A stretch of DNA of 30,343 nt from an uncultured bacterium (lineage in GTDB: Bacteria > Chlamydiota > Chlamydiia > Chlamydiales > Rhabdochlamydiaceae), in assembly GCA_964558435.1 (NCBI GenBank), contig CAZLDZ010000001.1, forward strand, positions 1-30,343. Direction: 5' to 3'. The notes below the pieces were generated by a model that did no database searches, was not told the DNA's origin, and was given only the letters and a program-made list of their open reading frames with translations. The first letter of the stretch is position 1. Every line of letters begins with the position of its first letter. Positions 1-9,036 of the stretch are shown in pieces. The position numbers and the translations under genes are program-made.

Positions 1-1162
1 AATCGCGTAGGCGGATGATATCGTTATTATTGTGGTCCTTCTCTCCGCCCATCGCCTGTAAAAATCGGACAAATTGTTCATTTGTGACGGGGTGGATGTC
101 GAGGGCAAAACTCGTGAGCGCGATTTCATGTCTTGGCATCTCATCGCGCGCGCCTCCTAAACTTCCGCGCAAAAATTGTCCACCAGGGATGATGACCATT
201 TCATTCAGCAAAGGTTCTAGATTGTTTTCAACAGTTGCTTCGGGGCGGAATTGACCAACAGAACGCTCGCGGTGGAAAATAGCGCCTGGATCTTCATCAA
301 ATTCAGGACGAACAAGCTCACGCGGTTTTAATTTGGGCTTCAGGGATTTTTTTTCTTGAGATACGAGCTCTTCCATCACCTCTTTGATTGAAGATGTCCG
401 CTTGGAAGGATCGGGCTCCAAACATTGAATGATGAGATGATCCCAAGAGAGTTTGAAATCGGGAAACTCATGCGAAGGAAGAGGAAAAAATCCTTCTGGA
501 AACTTGTCCATCAATAAAAAATAGATCACGACACCAAAAGCATAAATATCGGCTTTTGCAAGATCACTGCTTGCCGAAATTTTCTGCTCAGGAGCAAGTG
601 ATGCCAGATGGGAAAATAAAACAAATGGAGTCTGTATTCGGGAGCGCTGCAAACGCTCAAGATAGGCAGAAGTCCCAAAAATCTGAATCAACCCAGCATC
701 GACCAGAAAAACGTGAGGCTCCTTTTCCTGACTGATGAGAATATTATGCACAGATAAAGAACCGTGCGCCATTTTGTTTTCATGTAGAAAGCGCAAAGCA
801 TCGGCAATCTGCTTTGCGACCGCTAGGATTTCCTCTTCTACATCGCTTCTTTTGGAAGCATAGTGCGCCAATGTAAGTGCTTGTTTTTTTCCGCTTGTCG
901 CCAGCTCGCTGACAAGAAAATATTTTCCTTCCGAAAACGAAACATTATGCACGCGTGCTAGATGTGGATGCTCCAGCTTTGCAAGGGAGCCAATTTCTTC
1001 TTCAAACTTTTTCAAAAAGATGCTGTTGGACGCCAGCTCTTGTGCGAGAACCTTGAGGAGGTAGGGCTTTTTTAAAAAGCGGTGCTCACCCAAATAATGC
1101 ACACCAAGAGGCCCTGTATCCAATTCTTTAATGATTTGAAAGTCACCGAGGGATTCATCCAT
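1..1162 (-). CDS. pkn1: Pkn1-type Ser/Thr kinase-like domain fused to an FGE-sulfatase domain; 3' end runs off the window
   Basis: Not in the ORF track because it has no stop in the window. Manual translation from ATG 1162 gives MDESLGDFQIIKELDTGPLG...HRFLKKPYLLKVL...HGSLSVHNILI...VDAG...LAPEQ...KADIYAFGVV, then EMVIIPGGQFLRGSLGGARDEMPRH...LDIHPVTNEQFVRFLQAMGGEKDHNNNDIIRLRD, the chlamydial Pkn1 architecture. Confidence 0.9.
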   Translation of the reverse strand, partial: MDESLGDFQIIKELDTGPLGVHYLGEHRFLKKPYLLKVLAQELASNSIFLKKFEEEIGSLAKLEHPHLARVHNVSFSEGKYFLVSELATSGKKQALTLAHYASKRSDVEEEILAVAKQIADALRFLHENKMAHGSLSVHNILISQEKEPHVFLVDAGLIQIFGTSAYLERLQRSRIQTPFVLFSHLASLAPEQKISASSDLAKADIYAFGVVIYFLLMDKFPEGFFPLPSHEFPDFKLSWDHLIIQCLEPDPSKRTSSIKEVMEELVSQEKKSLKPKLKPRELVRPEFDEDPGAIFHRERSVGQFRPEATVENNLEPLLNEMVIIPGGQFLRGSLGGARDEMPRHEIALTSFALDIHPVTNEQFVRFLQAMGGEKDHNNNDIIRLRD

Positions 1163-1164
1163 AA

Positions 1165-3204
1165 CTAAAGTCCTTGGATTGCTTTTTCGATCTCTTCTTT
1201 AGAGATATATGCCGGCTCACACATATTTTGCCTACAAATATAGACGGCCGTCTTGCCCTCAAGGGGCGTCTTTTCTTTTTCTTCAGGAAGCAGCATATCG
1301 ATTTTTTTTTCTTTTTTCCAAATTGTTTCAAGATGTGGAGAAAAAAGAGGAGCAAAAGCTCCTTGAATTTCTTTGAGAAGCGACTCTTTTTCATCCAGAG
1401 CCACGACGACCGTTGGAGCTTTTGGATTTAAATAGCGCTGCAGCGCAAGAAGAAGCCAGCAAGCCCCAGGTGGATAGGTCTCCAGGTGATTCTTTGCTGC
1501 TTTTAAAATATCCTCTGCTTGGCTCAAAAAACCCTTGTTGTGGGTGATCTGATAAAGCCGCACAAGATTTTCCGCGTGCACGCCATTTCCTGAAGGCTCT
1601 GCCCCATCATAAAAATCACACTTGCGCAAAACCACCTCTTCTTCTGTCTGGAAAAAAGCCCCTTGAGGAGCTTTAAAATGCCTCTCTAAAACTAAAGCAA
1701 GCTCAAGTGCCCATTCCAGATGTTCATTGCCAAGTCCATGCGTAAAAAGCGTAATGAGTCCTTTGATGAGAAACGCGTAATCTTCTAATACCGCAGGAAA
1801 TCTTGCCTCCTGATCGCACCAGCGCCTTAAAAGCCTTCCATCTCTCCAAAGTTCGCGCTTAAGAAAACCCACTGTTTTTTGTGCCGCTTCTGTAAATTTT
1901 GCCTCGCCCAAGGAAAATCCAGCTCTTACAAGAAGATCAATCATGAGACCATTCCAACACGTCAGGATCTTCTCGTCGCGAAAGGGGCGTTTGCGCATCA
2001 GCCGCTTTTCGAGAAGCATTTGGCGCATTTTTTTTAATTTTGAGGCAAGGTCGGCACGCGAAATTTTTCCCATTTCTGCAAATTCTTCTGGTGATATCGG
2101 CGCCAAAAGGACATTTCTTCCTTCAAAATTTCCCTCCCGTGTCACGTTGTAATAAAGGCAAAAAATTTCAGCCTCTTCCGGAGAAAGACTCGCGCGGATT
2201 TCCTCAGGTGTCCATGTATAATATAACCCTTCATGCCCATCTGTTTCCGCATCTTGTCCTGAATAAAATCCCCCATTTTCATTTTGCATCTCTCGTAAAA
2301 GAAACCTGAGCGTCTCTTCTACAACATCGCGGAATTTAGGTTTTTTAAAACACTTCCAGGCTTCTAAATAGGTCTTAGCAAGAAGGGCGTTGTCATAGAG
2401 CATTTTTTCAAAATGTGGAATATGCCACTTCTCATCGACAGAATAGCGTGAAAATCCCCCGCCTAAATGGTCGTAAATCCCTCCGCGCTGCATCGCATCC
2501 AGCGTCAGCTCGACATAAAAAAGTGCTCGACTATCTCCTGTAGATTTTGCCTCTTGCATCAAAAATTCTAGCTGATAACTCAAAGGAAATTTGGGACTCC
2601 CCTTCATGCCACCAAAAGTCGCATCCGAAAGCTCAAATAGCGTCTCCTCGGCAATTTTGATGTCTCGTTCGCCCGGCATTTCTGTTCCGGCTACCGGAAC
2701 GATCCGAGAAAAAGTTTCCACAAGTTGATCCGCCTGCTCAATCAAAAGCGCTTTTTCCTCACTTGCCCAGAGCTGTTTAATCTGCTGAATGAATTGATCA
2801 AAACCAATCAGGCCATGACGCGCTTTGGGAGGAAGGTAAGTGACAGCGAAAAAAGGCTTAAGATCGGGTGTTAAAATCATATTCAAAGGCCAGCCTCCCG
2901 AAGAGGCCATGAGCGCCTGAGCAAATTCCATGTATAAACTGTCGACTTGAGGAAGCTCTTCGCGGTCGACTTTGATACAGACAAAAGCCTCATTCAGCGC
3001 TAGGGCAATCAGAGGATCTTCGAAAGACTCTCTTTCCATCACGTGGCACCAGTGGCAGGTCGCATAGCCGATCGAAAGAAAAATCGGCTTCTCTTCGCTT
3101 TTGGCCTTCTCAAAAGCTTCTTGCCCCCACGGATACCAATCGACAGGGTTATTAGCATGCTGCAGAAGATAGGGGGATTTTTCTCCACCTAGATGGTTAG
3201 GCAT
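1165..3204 (-). CDS. yyaL: Thioredoxin domain-containing protein, YyaL/SSP411 (DUF255) family
   Basis: N-terminal [24 protein letters not shown] and [17 protein letters not shown]; [25 protein letters not shown]; 679 aa. Confidence 0.93.
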   Translation of the reverse strand: MPNHLGGEKSPYLLQHANNPVDWYPWGQEAFEKAKSEEKPIFLSIGYATCHWCHVMERESFEDPLIALALNEAFVCIKVDREELPQVDSLYMEFAQALMASSGGWPLNMILTPDLKPFFAVTYLPPKARHGLIGFDQFIQQIKQLWASEEKALLIEQADQLVETFSRIVPVAGTEMPGERDIKIAEETLFELSDATFGGMKGSPKFPLSYQLEFLMQEAKSTGDSRALFYVELTLDAMQRGGIYDHLGGGFSRYSVDEKWHIPHFEKMLYDNALLAKTYLEAWKCFKKPKFRDVVEETLRFLLREMQNENGGFYSGQDAETDGHEGLYYTWTPEEIRASLSPEEAEIFCLYYNVTREGNFEGRNVLLAPISPEEFAEMGKISRADLASKLKKMRQMLLEKRLMRKRPFRDEKILTCWNGLMIDLLVRAGFSLGEAKFTEAAQKTVGFLKRELWRDGRLLRRWCDQEARFPAVLEDYAFLIKGLITLFTHGLGNEHLEWALELALVLERHFKAPQGAFFQTEEEVVLRKCDFYDGAEPSGNGVHAENLVRLYQITHNKGFLSQAEDILKAAKNHLETYPPGACWLLLALQRYLNPKAPTVVVALDEKESLLKEIQGAFAPLFSPHLETIWKKEKKIDMLLPEEKEKTPLEGKTAVYICRQNMCEPAYISKEEIEKAIQGL

Positions 3205-3213
3205 GCGTAAAAC

Positions 3214-3621
3214 CTAGAAAACACCAAGGAATTTCGCAAGATACCATGCGAGCACAAGAACGATTGCCGCAACACCTGCCCACATCAGATTAGGAAACCA
3301 TTTGACTCCCCCTCCCATGCTACCGCGCACTTCAAGCGTTCCAATGCCATAGGCAAATTCATGTTTTTCAGCCGGAACCTTGAAGGCATGCGGATGCTCG
3401 CGCATGATTTTTTCTGCATCCAGCCCTAAAAAAGAGGCGTATTGGCGCAAGAAACCCGTAGCGTAAATCCCTGCAACGCACTGCTGAATCTTCCCCTCTT
3501 CGATCGCTTCTAAATAGGAAGAGCGGATCGACGTGGAATTTTCAATCTCCTTTAAAGACAAATTCAATTCCTTTCTTCTCCCGCGCAAAAGTGCACCCAC
3601 TTGTTTCATTTCTTCTGTCAT
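3214..3621 (-). CDS. rodZ: RodZ-like protein (HTH_25 domain plus C-terminal transmembrane helix)
   Basis: VGALLRGRRKELNLSLKEIENSTSIRSSYLEAIEEG...YATGFLRQYASFLGLD and a C-terminal hydrophobic helix. Divergent from rnhC, as I recall for C. trachomatis CT008/CT009. Confidence 0.8.
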   Translation of the reverse strand: MTEEMKQVGALLRGRRKELNLSLKEIENSTSIRSSYLEAIEEGKIQQCVAGIYATGFLRQYASFLGLDAEKIMREHPHAFKVPAEKHEFAYGIGTLEVRGSMGGGVKWFPNLMWAGVAAIVLVLAWYLAKFLGVF

Positions 3622-3671
3622 AAAGCCCCCTGTTCATAAACATTCTATTATCTGTACCACAACAAGGCATA

Positions 3672-3744
3672 ATGTTGCATAAGTTTCCCTTTCTTTCGTG
3701 TCCAAGCGGGTATGTTGCATAAGCTTCTCTCTTTCGTGCCCGAG
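3672..3744. repeat. Imperfect 33-35 bp direct repeat, 40-bp period
   Basis: atgttgcataagtttccctttctttcgtgtccaag (3672-3706) versus atgttgcataagcttctctctttcgtgcccgag (3712-3744). Confidence 0.8.
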
Positions 3745-3820
3745 TCCGTGTCCGAGTCCGAGCTCCGATTTCTTTCTTCAATTTTAAAAAGATCGGAACT
3801 CGGACACGGACTCGGGCACG
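3735..3820. repeat. Intergenic palindrome with perfect 23-bp arms built from CCGWGT-like hexamers
   Basis: cgtgcccgagtccgtgtccgagt (3735-3757) is the exact reverse complement of 3798-3820; a further inner pair is tccgat/atcgga (3764-3769/3792-3797). Confidence 0.92.
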
Positions 3821-3862
3821 TATAAGAAATTCTATAAAACGCTTCCCTATCAAATAACCCCG

Positions 3863-3891
3863 TTGTATTTTTTTTAAAATACTGACATAAT
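3863..3891 (+). promoter_or_regulatory. Putative sigma66/sigma70 promoter of rnhC (predicted leaderless)
   Basis: TTGTAT (3863-3868)-N17-CATAAT (3886-3891); the ATG lies 7 nt after the -10; no Shine-Dalgarno sequence. Confidence 0.55.
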
Positions 3892-3897
3892 GCTCGC

Positions 3898-4794
3898 ATG
3901 CCTTCCTGTTTTGTCACGACCATTGATTTAAAACTTGCCGAGAAATTACAGCAGGATCTTCAAGCGCAAGGATTCGATCTTTCTAAACCTGCTCACACCC
4001 TCTTTTCTGCCCAAAAAAAAGGGGTTTCTTGCACACTTTACCAATCCGGAAAGCTCACGGTTCAGGGCAAAGAGATGAAAGAGTTCATCACCTTTTATCT
4101 AGAACCTGAAATCCTGCAGAATGTTTCGTTTTCTTATCCTGAAATCAAGCTCGATTTAACACCGCGCATCGGCATCGATGAAGCAGGAAAGGGGGATTTT
4201 TTTGGTCCCCTGTGCGTTGCGGGCGTGCAAGCCGGTGGAGAAAAAGTCCAAGAACTTCTTACGTTGGGTGTGCGCGATAGTAAACGGATGAGTGATGCTT
4301 CTGTTTTGGCTCTTGCCAAAAAAATCCGCGCAGGATTCCCTCACACCATTGTGCGCATCTCCCCTGCAAAATACAACGAACTGTATGCAAGTTTTAAAAA
4401 TCTTAACCGTCTTCTTGCCTGGGGACATGCGACTGCCATCACAGAACTTGTGGAAAAAACGCAGTGCAAAAATGTGATTATTGACCAGTTTGCCAGCGAA
4501 CATCTCGTGGAATCGGCCATCAAGCGTAAGGGCATTGAAACGAACCTCACCCAAAGACACCGCGCAGAAGAAGATCCTGTCGTAGCAGCCGCCTCCATCC
4601 TTGCACGCGCTGCCTTCCTAGAAGGGCTGGAAGACTTAAGTCATTCTTTAAACTTGCCCCTTCCCAAAGGAGCCTCTCAAAAAGTCGTTGAGATGGGGCG
4701 CATCCTTGTCGAAAAAAAGGGGCAAGATATCCTGAAAAGCGTCAGCAAGTCACACTTCAAAACAACGCAAGAAATTATTTCTTCATCAATTTAA
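3898..4794 (+). CDS. rnhC: Ribonuclease HIII
   Basis: N-terminal TBP-like domain (CTLYQSGKLTVQGK), IGIDEAGKGDFFGPL, DSKR, IIDQF, VAAASILAR, KSHFKT. Confidence 0.96.
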   Translation: MPSCFVTTIDLKLAEKLQQDLQAQGFDLSKPAHTLFSAQKKGVSCTLYQSGKLTVQGKEMKEFITFYLEPEILQNVSFSYPEIKLDLTPRIGIDEAGKGDFFGPLCVAGVQAGGEKVQELLTLGVRDSKRMSDASVLALAKKIRAGFPHTIVRISPAKYNELYASFKNLNRLLAWGHATAITELVEKTQCKNVIIDQFASEHLVESAIKRKGIETNLTQRHRAEEDPVVAAASILARAAFLEGLEDLSHSLNLPLPKGASQKVVEMGRILVEKKGQDILKSVSKSHFKTTQEIISSSI

Positions 4795-5335
4795 ATGAGT
4801 TTACGAAACGTGTGAAGTCTGCTTCGTCATAGTGCTGCATTTCGCATTCGACGGCCATCAGGTAGAGGCTATTTTTCACCATCATGGCGCGCCCTTTGAA
4901 AAAGACCGAACCGGTACGGATGAAAAAGTCTAAAGCTTCCCTTCCACCCACGAGAACGAGATCAGCAAAAATGAGCTGGTTGGCGGGATTGTGTGTTAAC
5001 AATCCGTTTAAAAAACTCTCTAAACTGACTTGTGCATAGCTTTCATCGACAAAGTCGGGATATTTTGCTACGAGAAGCATGAAGACGCTTTTCTTGTCGA
5101 GACTTGCGATGTATGCATCGTATTTTAAGTCGTAGCCTTCTTCGCTATCGCTCATCTTTTCGCTGATATGCTCAGGACGGTGAGGAAAGAGCATCGAGCA
5201 GCTTCCTGCAACTGAATGGAACTCTTCCCAAGAACTTTTAACACCGACTTGTGGAGATTTGGTTGGCGCTTCTGCAAAATTAGGTGCCGCTGCCGCTAAA
5301 AAACATGCCACAATAAGATTATTAATAATGCCCAT
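4775..5335 (-). CDS. Hypothetical exported protein (possible PsbP/DcrB-like fold)
   Basis: 186 aa; signal-peptide-like N-terminus; W-x(8)-SMLFP motif near the start and RFVNSFKL ending resemble PsbP-like proteins (inference). Confidence 0.65.
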   Translation of the reverse strand: MGIINNLIVACFLAAAAPNFAEAPTKSPQVGVKSSWEEFHSVAGSCSMLFPHRPEHISEKMSDSEEGYDLKYDAYIASLDKKSVFMLLVAKYPDFVDESYAQVSLESFLNGLLTHNPANQLIFADLVLVGGREALDFFIRTGSVFFKGRAMMVKNSLYLMAVECEMQHYDEADFTRFVNSFKLMKK

Positions 5336-5347
5336 ATGATTCTCCTA

Positions 5348-5986
5348 TTAGCCTTTCATTCCAATTGCCCAAAAGATGAACACGAGGATTTCCCAGAGTG
5401 CGATCGCGATGACAACAAAGGGCAAAACAACGTTAATAATGGATTTCCACATCGAAAATTTCTGGACTTCTGCAAGCGAGCGAAAAAGGAGCACGAAAGA
5501 CCAGATGATCAGGACCGTATGTGCAAGCGTAATCGCTGAAAAAGCCACATAACTTGCACCCGCAAAAGGGCTCAGCGGAAATGTCTCTAAAAAGACCCGC
5601 CCCCCAAAAAGCAACATCAAAAATACCCAAAGAACTCCGACTACAGCGTTGGGCATTTTCGACCATGCAATCGACGCCCTAACTTCTGGGTAACTTGCGC
5701 TTCCTCCCAACCATTTTCCCATCCAGAAAACAAGCGCGCTCATGATCACAAATCCGAGCATTCCAATCGGAGCCGCCAGGATGAGCGAAGCAATGAAAAT
5801 GGTCAGTGCAGAAAAATCTTGGCCAAGGGAGAGCCCTTGCGCAAAGCGCAAAAGAAGAGGAAAGCCATAAAATGCGGCCAGCCACCAGATCTTATAGTTA
5901 GGATCTGTCTTGACAATCCAACGGATCGTCTCACGTGGTTTTACCCACATATCAAGCCATGGATTGCATTCCTTCTTCGCAGGCAT
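5348..5986 (-). CDS. Yip1-family membrane protein
   Basis: PWLDMWVKPRETIR N-terminal motif, about 5 hydrophobic helices, GKWLGGSASYPEVRASIAWS. Confidence 0.85.
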   Translation of the reverse strand: MPAKKECNPWLDMWVKPRETIRWIVKTDPNYKIWWLAAFYGFPLLLRFAQGLSLGQDFSALTIFIASLILAAPIGMLGFVIMSALVFWMGKWLGGSASYPEVRASIAWSKMPNAVVGVLWVFLMLLFGGRVFLETFPLSPFAGASYVAFSAITLAHTVLIIWSFVLLFRSLAEVQKFSMWKSIINVVLPFVVIAIALWEILVFIFWAIGMKG

Positions 5987-6139
5987 AATCTACTTCCTTG
6001 GTTCCCTATTTATAATTTAATGTTATAAATAATAATTTATTATTACAACATAATTATAAAAATAATAAAAATGAGAGAAATTAAGGAAGGACTTCGTTGA
6101 ATCTTAATGGATTACGGTTGTGCGCGGATCTTTTTAAGG

Positions 6140-6400
6140 CTAATCCGTGTCAGGTTCGAGATCGGCTTCATTAGAAGCGTCGTCGGTTAAATTTTCTTCA
6201 TCGGTATCGCGCTCCAGGACATCATCGTCATCTTCTGCCTGTTCATCTAGATCAGCAGAAGGATCGATATCATCATCTGTTTCATCATCCACCACATCGG
6301 CAACAGTTGCTTTTTTCTGCTCTGCCTCAGAAAGAGCAACTTCAGGGGCTGCATTGCCTAAAATTAGGCTAAAAAGTGTAGCAAAAACGGGTGTAATCAT
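6140..6400 (-). CDS. Small, highly acidic, putatively exported protein
   Basis: Likely start ATG 6400 (AGAGG 7 nt upstream); hydrophobic N-terminus; 28 D/E in the last 54 residues. Confidence 0.7.
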   Translation of the reverse strand: MITPVFATLFSLILGNAAPEVALSEAEQKKATVADVVDDETDDDIDPSADLDEQAEDDDDVLERDTDEENLTDDASNEADLEPDTD

Positions 6401-6489
6401 CGTGAAACCTCTTGTTAAAGAGTGCATGTTCGCAAAAGCGCGAGAAAAATTCTATGTCCAAAAAAATCTTATGCATTTATAGATGGGGT

Positions 6490-6831
6490 ATGGGCAAGCA
6501 ACAAGATCAGGATCTTTTAAAACAAAAGGTAAGAGATCTCGAACATAGGCTGAGCATCGACGTCGGCTCTCTTCTCGTTCTTCTGTCCGAAGGATCTGCT
6601 GAGCAAGTCGCTCTTGCGGAGCGCAAAACCAAGAATGACCTCATAAAATTTGGGCCGGACATGCAAAAGTTTGCCCAAGAAGTGGGGGGCAAGCTGCCCA
6701 AAGCAGTTGAAGATTATCTAGAAAGTGTGGATGGCATTGTCCACAGCGCGACAGGCTGGATCGACGAAGCCAAAATCACCCACTGCTACAACATGACCCA
6801 AAGGCTGCAGAAAGAGCTTGGTCTTGAGTAG
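6490..6831 (+). CDS. Hypothetical alpha-helical protein
   Basis: Ordinary globular composition from MGKQQDQDLL onward (ORF track starts at 6412; start codon uncertain). Its 3' end overlaps the convergent TIGR01777 gene by 56 bp. Confidence 0.65.
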   Translation: MGKQQDQDLLKQKVRDLEHRLSIDVGSLLVLLSEGSAEQVALAERKTKNDLIKFGPDMQKFAQEVGGKLPKAVEDYLESVDGIVHSATGWIDEAKITHCYNMTQRLQKELGLE

Positions 6832-7681
6832 CGTGTCGGAATGAAAATCCCTCATTGAGTAATTTTTCAGGATACACATTTTGGCTCGCAAGCAAGAGCT
6901 CCTGTGCCATTTTTCCAAAAGCAAGTTGCACAAGAGGTGCGGGGATGTGGAAAAAACAGGGGCGGTGGAGGTGGCGGGCGAGAGTGCGGGCAAACTCTTC
7001 TTGCGTCACGGGGTGAGGGGCCGTAAGGTTGACTGCTCCTTGGATCGTTGAATGTTTCAATAAATGCACAAGAGCCTTCACTGCGTCCTCTAGAGAAATC
7101 CAGCAAAGATACTGCTGGCCGCTTCCTAATTTTCCGCCAAGACCCCATCGAAAAAGGGGCACCATTTTAGCCAGCATGCCGCCCTGCGGGCTTAAAACAA
7201 CCCCAAATCGCGGATGCAGGACACGTATTCCATCCTGTTCTAAGACATGTGTGGCAGATTCCCACTTCTCGCATAAATCTGCGAGAAATCCCTGCCCTTT
7301 GGGGCTTGCTTCGGTGAGATGCTCATTTCCCCGGTCTCCATAAAACCCACAGGCAGAAGCAGAGAGAAAAATTTTAGGTTTGTGGGACAGGCGCGACACC
7401 GTTTTTGCAAGCAGCCACGTGTCTCTTACTCGGCTTTGAAAAAGCTTTTCCCTCTGTTTTTTTGTCCATCTCCGTGCGGCAATATTTTCCCCTGCAAGAT
7501 GCACAACCGCATCAAAACCCTCAAATGCGGCTGGATCGACGTGCCCTTTTTTAGGGTCCCAATAAACCCCTGCACTGCTTTTTTCACGCACAAGCGGTAC
7601 TACGGCATCACCTGCTTGAACAAGTGTGCGCACAAGCGCATTCCCGATCAAGCCATGAGATCCAGAAAGGAGAACTTTCAA
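6776..7681 (-). CDS. TIGR01777-family NAD-dependent epimerase/oxidoreductase (YfcH-like)
   Basis: MKVLLSGSHGLIG Rossmann motif, VVHLAGENIAARRWT, SASACGFYG, GFLADLCEKWE, RFGVVLS, DUF1731-type C-terminus. Confidence 0.93.
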   Translation of the reverse strand: MKVLLSGSHGLIGNALVRTLVQAGDAVVPLVREKSSAGVYWDPKKGHVDPAAFEGFDAVVHLAGENIAARRWTKKQREKLFQSRVRDTWLLAKTVSRLSHKPKIFLSASACGFYGDRGNEHLTEASPKGQGFLADLCEKWESATHVLEQDGIRVLHPRFGVVLSPQGGMLAKMVPLFRWGLGGKLGSGQQYLCWISLEDAVKALVHLLKHSTIQGAVNLTAPHPVTQEEFARTLARHLHRPCFFHIPAPLVQLAFGKMAQELLLASQNVYPEKLLNEGFSFRHATQDQALSAAFGSCCSSG

Positions 7682-7687
7682 GCAAAA

Positions 7688-7951
7688 CTACTTCTTGCAG
7701 CAGCTGCAGGTGCTTCCTTTTTTGTCGGAGCAGCAGGTGCAGCAGCAGATGTGTTTCCACATCGAGAGGAAGCGGAGTCCCCAAACACCTGCAAGGCCGA
7801 TGATGGCATAAATCAAACGGCTCGTGCCTGTGGTGTTCCCTTTAAAGAGCCAGGCGACCATGTCAAATTGAAAAAATCCCCAGAGGCCCCAATTCAGTGC
7901 CCCGGCAAGGATGAGTAGAAGAGCTAGTCCATTTAAAAATTTTTTGATCAT
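7688..7951 (-). CDS. DUF378-family small membrane protein with Cys-rich tail
   Basis: LILAGALNWGLWGFFQFDMVAWLF...SRLIYAIIGLAG is the DUF378 signature; tail CCCTCCSDKKGSTCSCCKK. Confidence 0.88.
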   Translation of the reverse strand: MIKKFLNGLALLLILAGALNWGLWGFFQFDMVAWLFKGNTTGTSRLIYAIIGLAGVWGLRFLSMWKHICCCTCCSDKKGSTCSCCKK

Positions 7952-8703
7952 AATTCCCTCACTTTTACACCCAATTCTTTTAAAATACTTCTAAAAATCA
8001 TGCGCCGCTTCTCTTCGGTTTCTTCAAGAGAAGGAAGCACTTTTGCAAGATGCCTGCTCCCCCGCTGAAGAAAAGCGGTTGTAAATTCTATATGCACCCC
8101 ACTTAAAATGGCCTTTCCTTCTCCCACCCGGCAAGAAACGATGGCCGCAGGTGTTTGCTCAAGCTGAAGGTAGGAGCCTAAAACCTCCACTCCAGAGTAT
8201 GCGTGTGCATCTTCAAAATAACATCCCCCGTTAAAATATGTAAAACATTCTTCACTTTTCCAGGAAATGCACGCGGCTTCCACCCCTTGATCACTTTCGT
8301 AGCTGTAGCGCCCGGGGCCGTACGCAGGACCGGCTGCGCGCCCAGGAAAAAAAGAAAGTGCGCGCTCACCGCAAACTTGCAGAGGTCCCCCTTTTTCAAA
8401 TTCGATCTTCTGTGCTGCAAAATAGGCGCCTGCACACAACCCGAGATAGTGGCCACCGTTTTCGATAAAAGCGCGGATTTTTTCAGCCCCTTTTTTGCCA
8501 AGGGCTTTGTGATAATAAACGTCGCGCCCTCCAGGGATGAGAAGGAGTTTGGTGTCCTTTTCCCAATCCTGGGACAAAATTTGCTGGCTGTCTTTGCGGA
8601 TAAGGGGGTGCGCGCTTAAATCCACCTCGTTCTGTAGGCTTTTGACGGTTTGGCGCAGTGCTTCTCCCGAAACACCCTCATCGACATAAATAAGGATTGA
8701 CAT
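7948..8703 (-). CDS. BPL_N domain protein (stand-alone biotin-protein ligase N-terminal, GATase-I-like domain)
   Basis: ILIYVDEGVS, LLLIPGGRDVYY, YLGLCAGAY, YFNGGCYF, AILSGVHIE. Confidence 0.88.
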   Translation of the reverse strand: MSILIYVDEGVSGEALRQTVKSLQNEVDLSAHPLIRKDSQQILSQDWEKDTKLLLIPGGRDVYYHKALGKKGAEKIRAFIENGGHYLGLCAGAYFAAQKIEFEKGGPLQVCGERALSFFPGRAAGPAYGPGRYSYESDQGVEAACISWKSEECFTYFNGGCYFEDAHAYSGVEVLGSYLQLEQTPAAIVSCRVGEGKAILSGVHIEFTTAFLQRGSRHLAKVLPSLEETEEKRRMIFRSILKELGVKVREL

Positions 8704-8741
8704 ATTCCCCCTTCCTTAACCTACACTATTTATCTTAAATT

Positions 8742-9035
8742 ATGAAAGAAGAAGATCTTAACAAATTGGCAAAGCTTGCACGCATCGAATGTAGCGAAGA
8801 GGAGAAAAAACTTCTGCGTTCGAGTCTTTCTAAGGTCTTAAATTACATCGACTTATTGCAAGAGGTTGATACTGAGAATGTTAAACCTTGTTCTCACAGT
8901 TTTGAAGCCCTATTCAATGTGATGCGCGAAGATGTTGCACAAGAAACTCTTTCTCGCGATCTTTTCCTATCGAGTGCTCCAGCGCACACGGGAGGGATGG
9001 TCCGCGTTCCTCCGATCATGAGACCTCAGGAATAA
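8742..9035 (+). CDS. gatC: Asp/Glu-tRNA(Asn/Gln) amidotransferase subunit C
   Basis: KLAKLARI...LQEVDTENVKP...NVMRED...VRVPPI; directly upstream of gatA. Confidence 0.95.
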   Translation: MKEEDLNKLAKLARIECSEEEKKLLRSSLSKVLNYIDLLQEVDTENVKPCSHSFEALFNVMREDVAQETLSRDLFLSSAPAHTGGMVRVPPIMRPQE

Positions 9036-9036
9036 T

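Noticed and set aside
3664-3680. Sigma54-like GG...TTGCA motif
   Set aside because: GG-to-GC spacing is 9 nt rather than the required 10.
3542-3923. ORFs 3542..3853 (-) and 3648..3923 (-) with RARVRVRV, RTRTRTRAR and SDSDTDS stretches
   Set aside because: The low-complexity peptides are simply translations of the hexamer palindrome, and 3542..3853 overlaps the rodZ-like gene on the same strand.
3660-6060. Possible dif site (partial gcataa and attatgtt motifs near 3667 and 6045)
   Set aside because: No complete XerC arm + 6-bp spacer + TTATGTTAAAT arm was found by eye.
6147-6482. Ser-rich + strand ORF
   Set aside because: Antisense shadow of the Asp-rich gene (GAT/GAC read as TCA/TCG in the other frame).
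7319-7918. 199-aa + strand ORF, and similar long ORFs at 9368..9928, 13059..13544, 26411..27130 and 27276..27866
   Set aside because: They fully overlap well-supported genes and have no recognisable motifs; these are shadow or alternate-frame ORFs.
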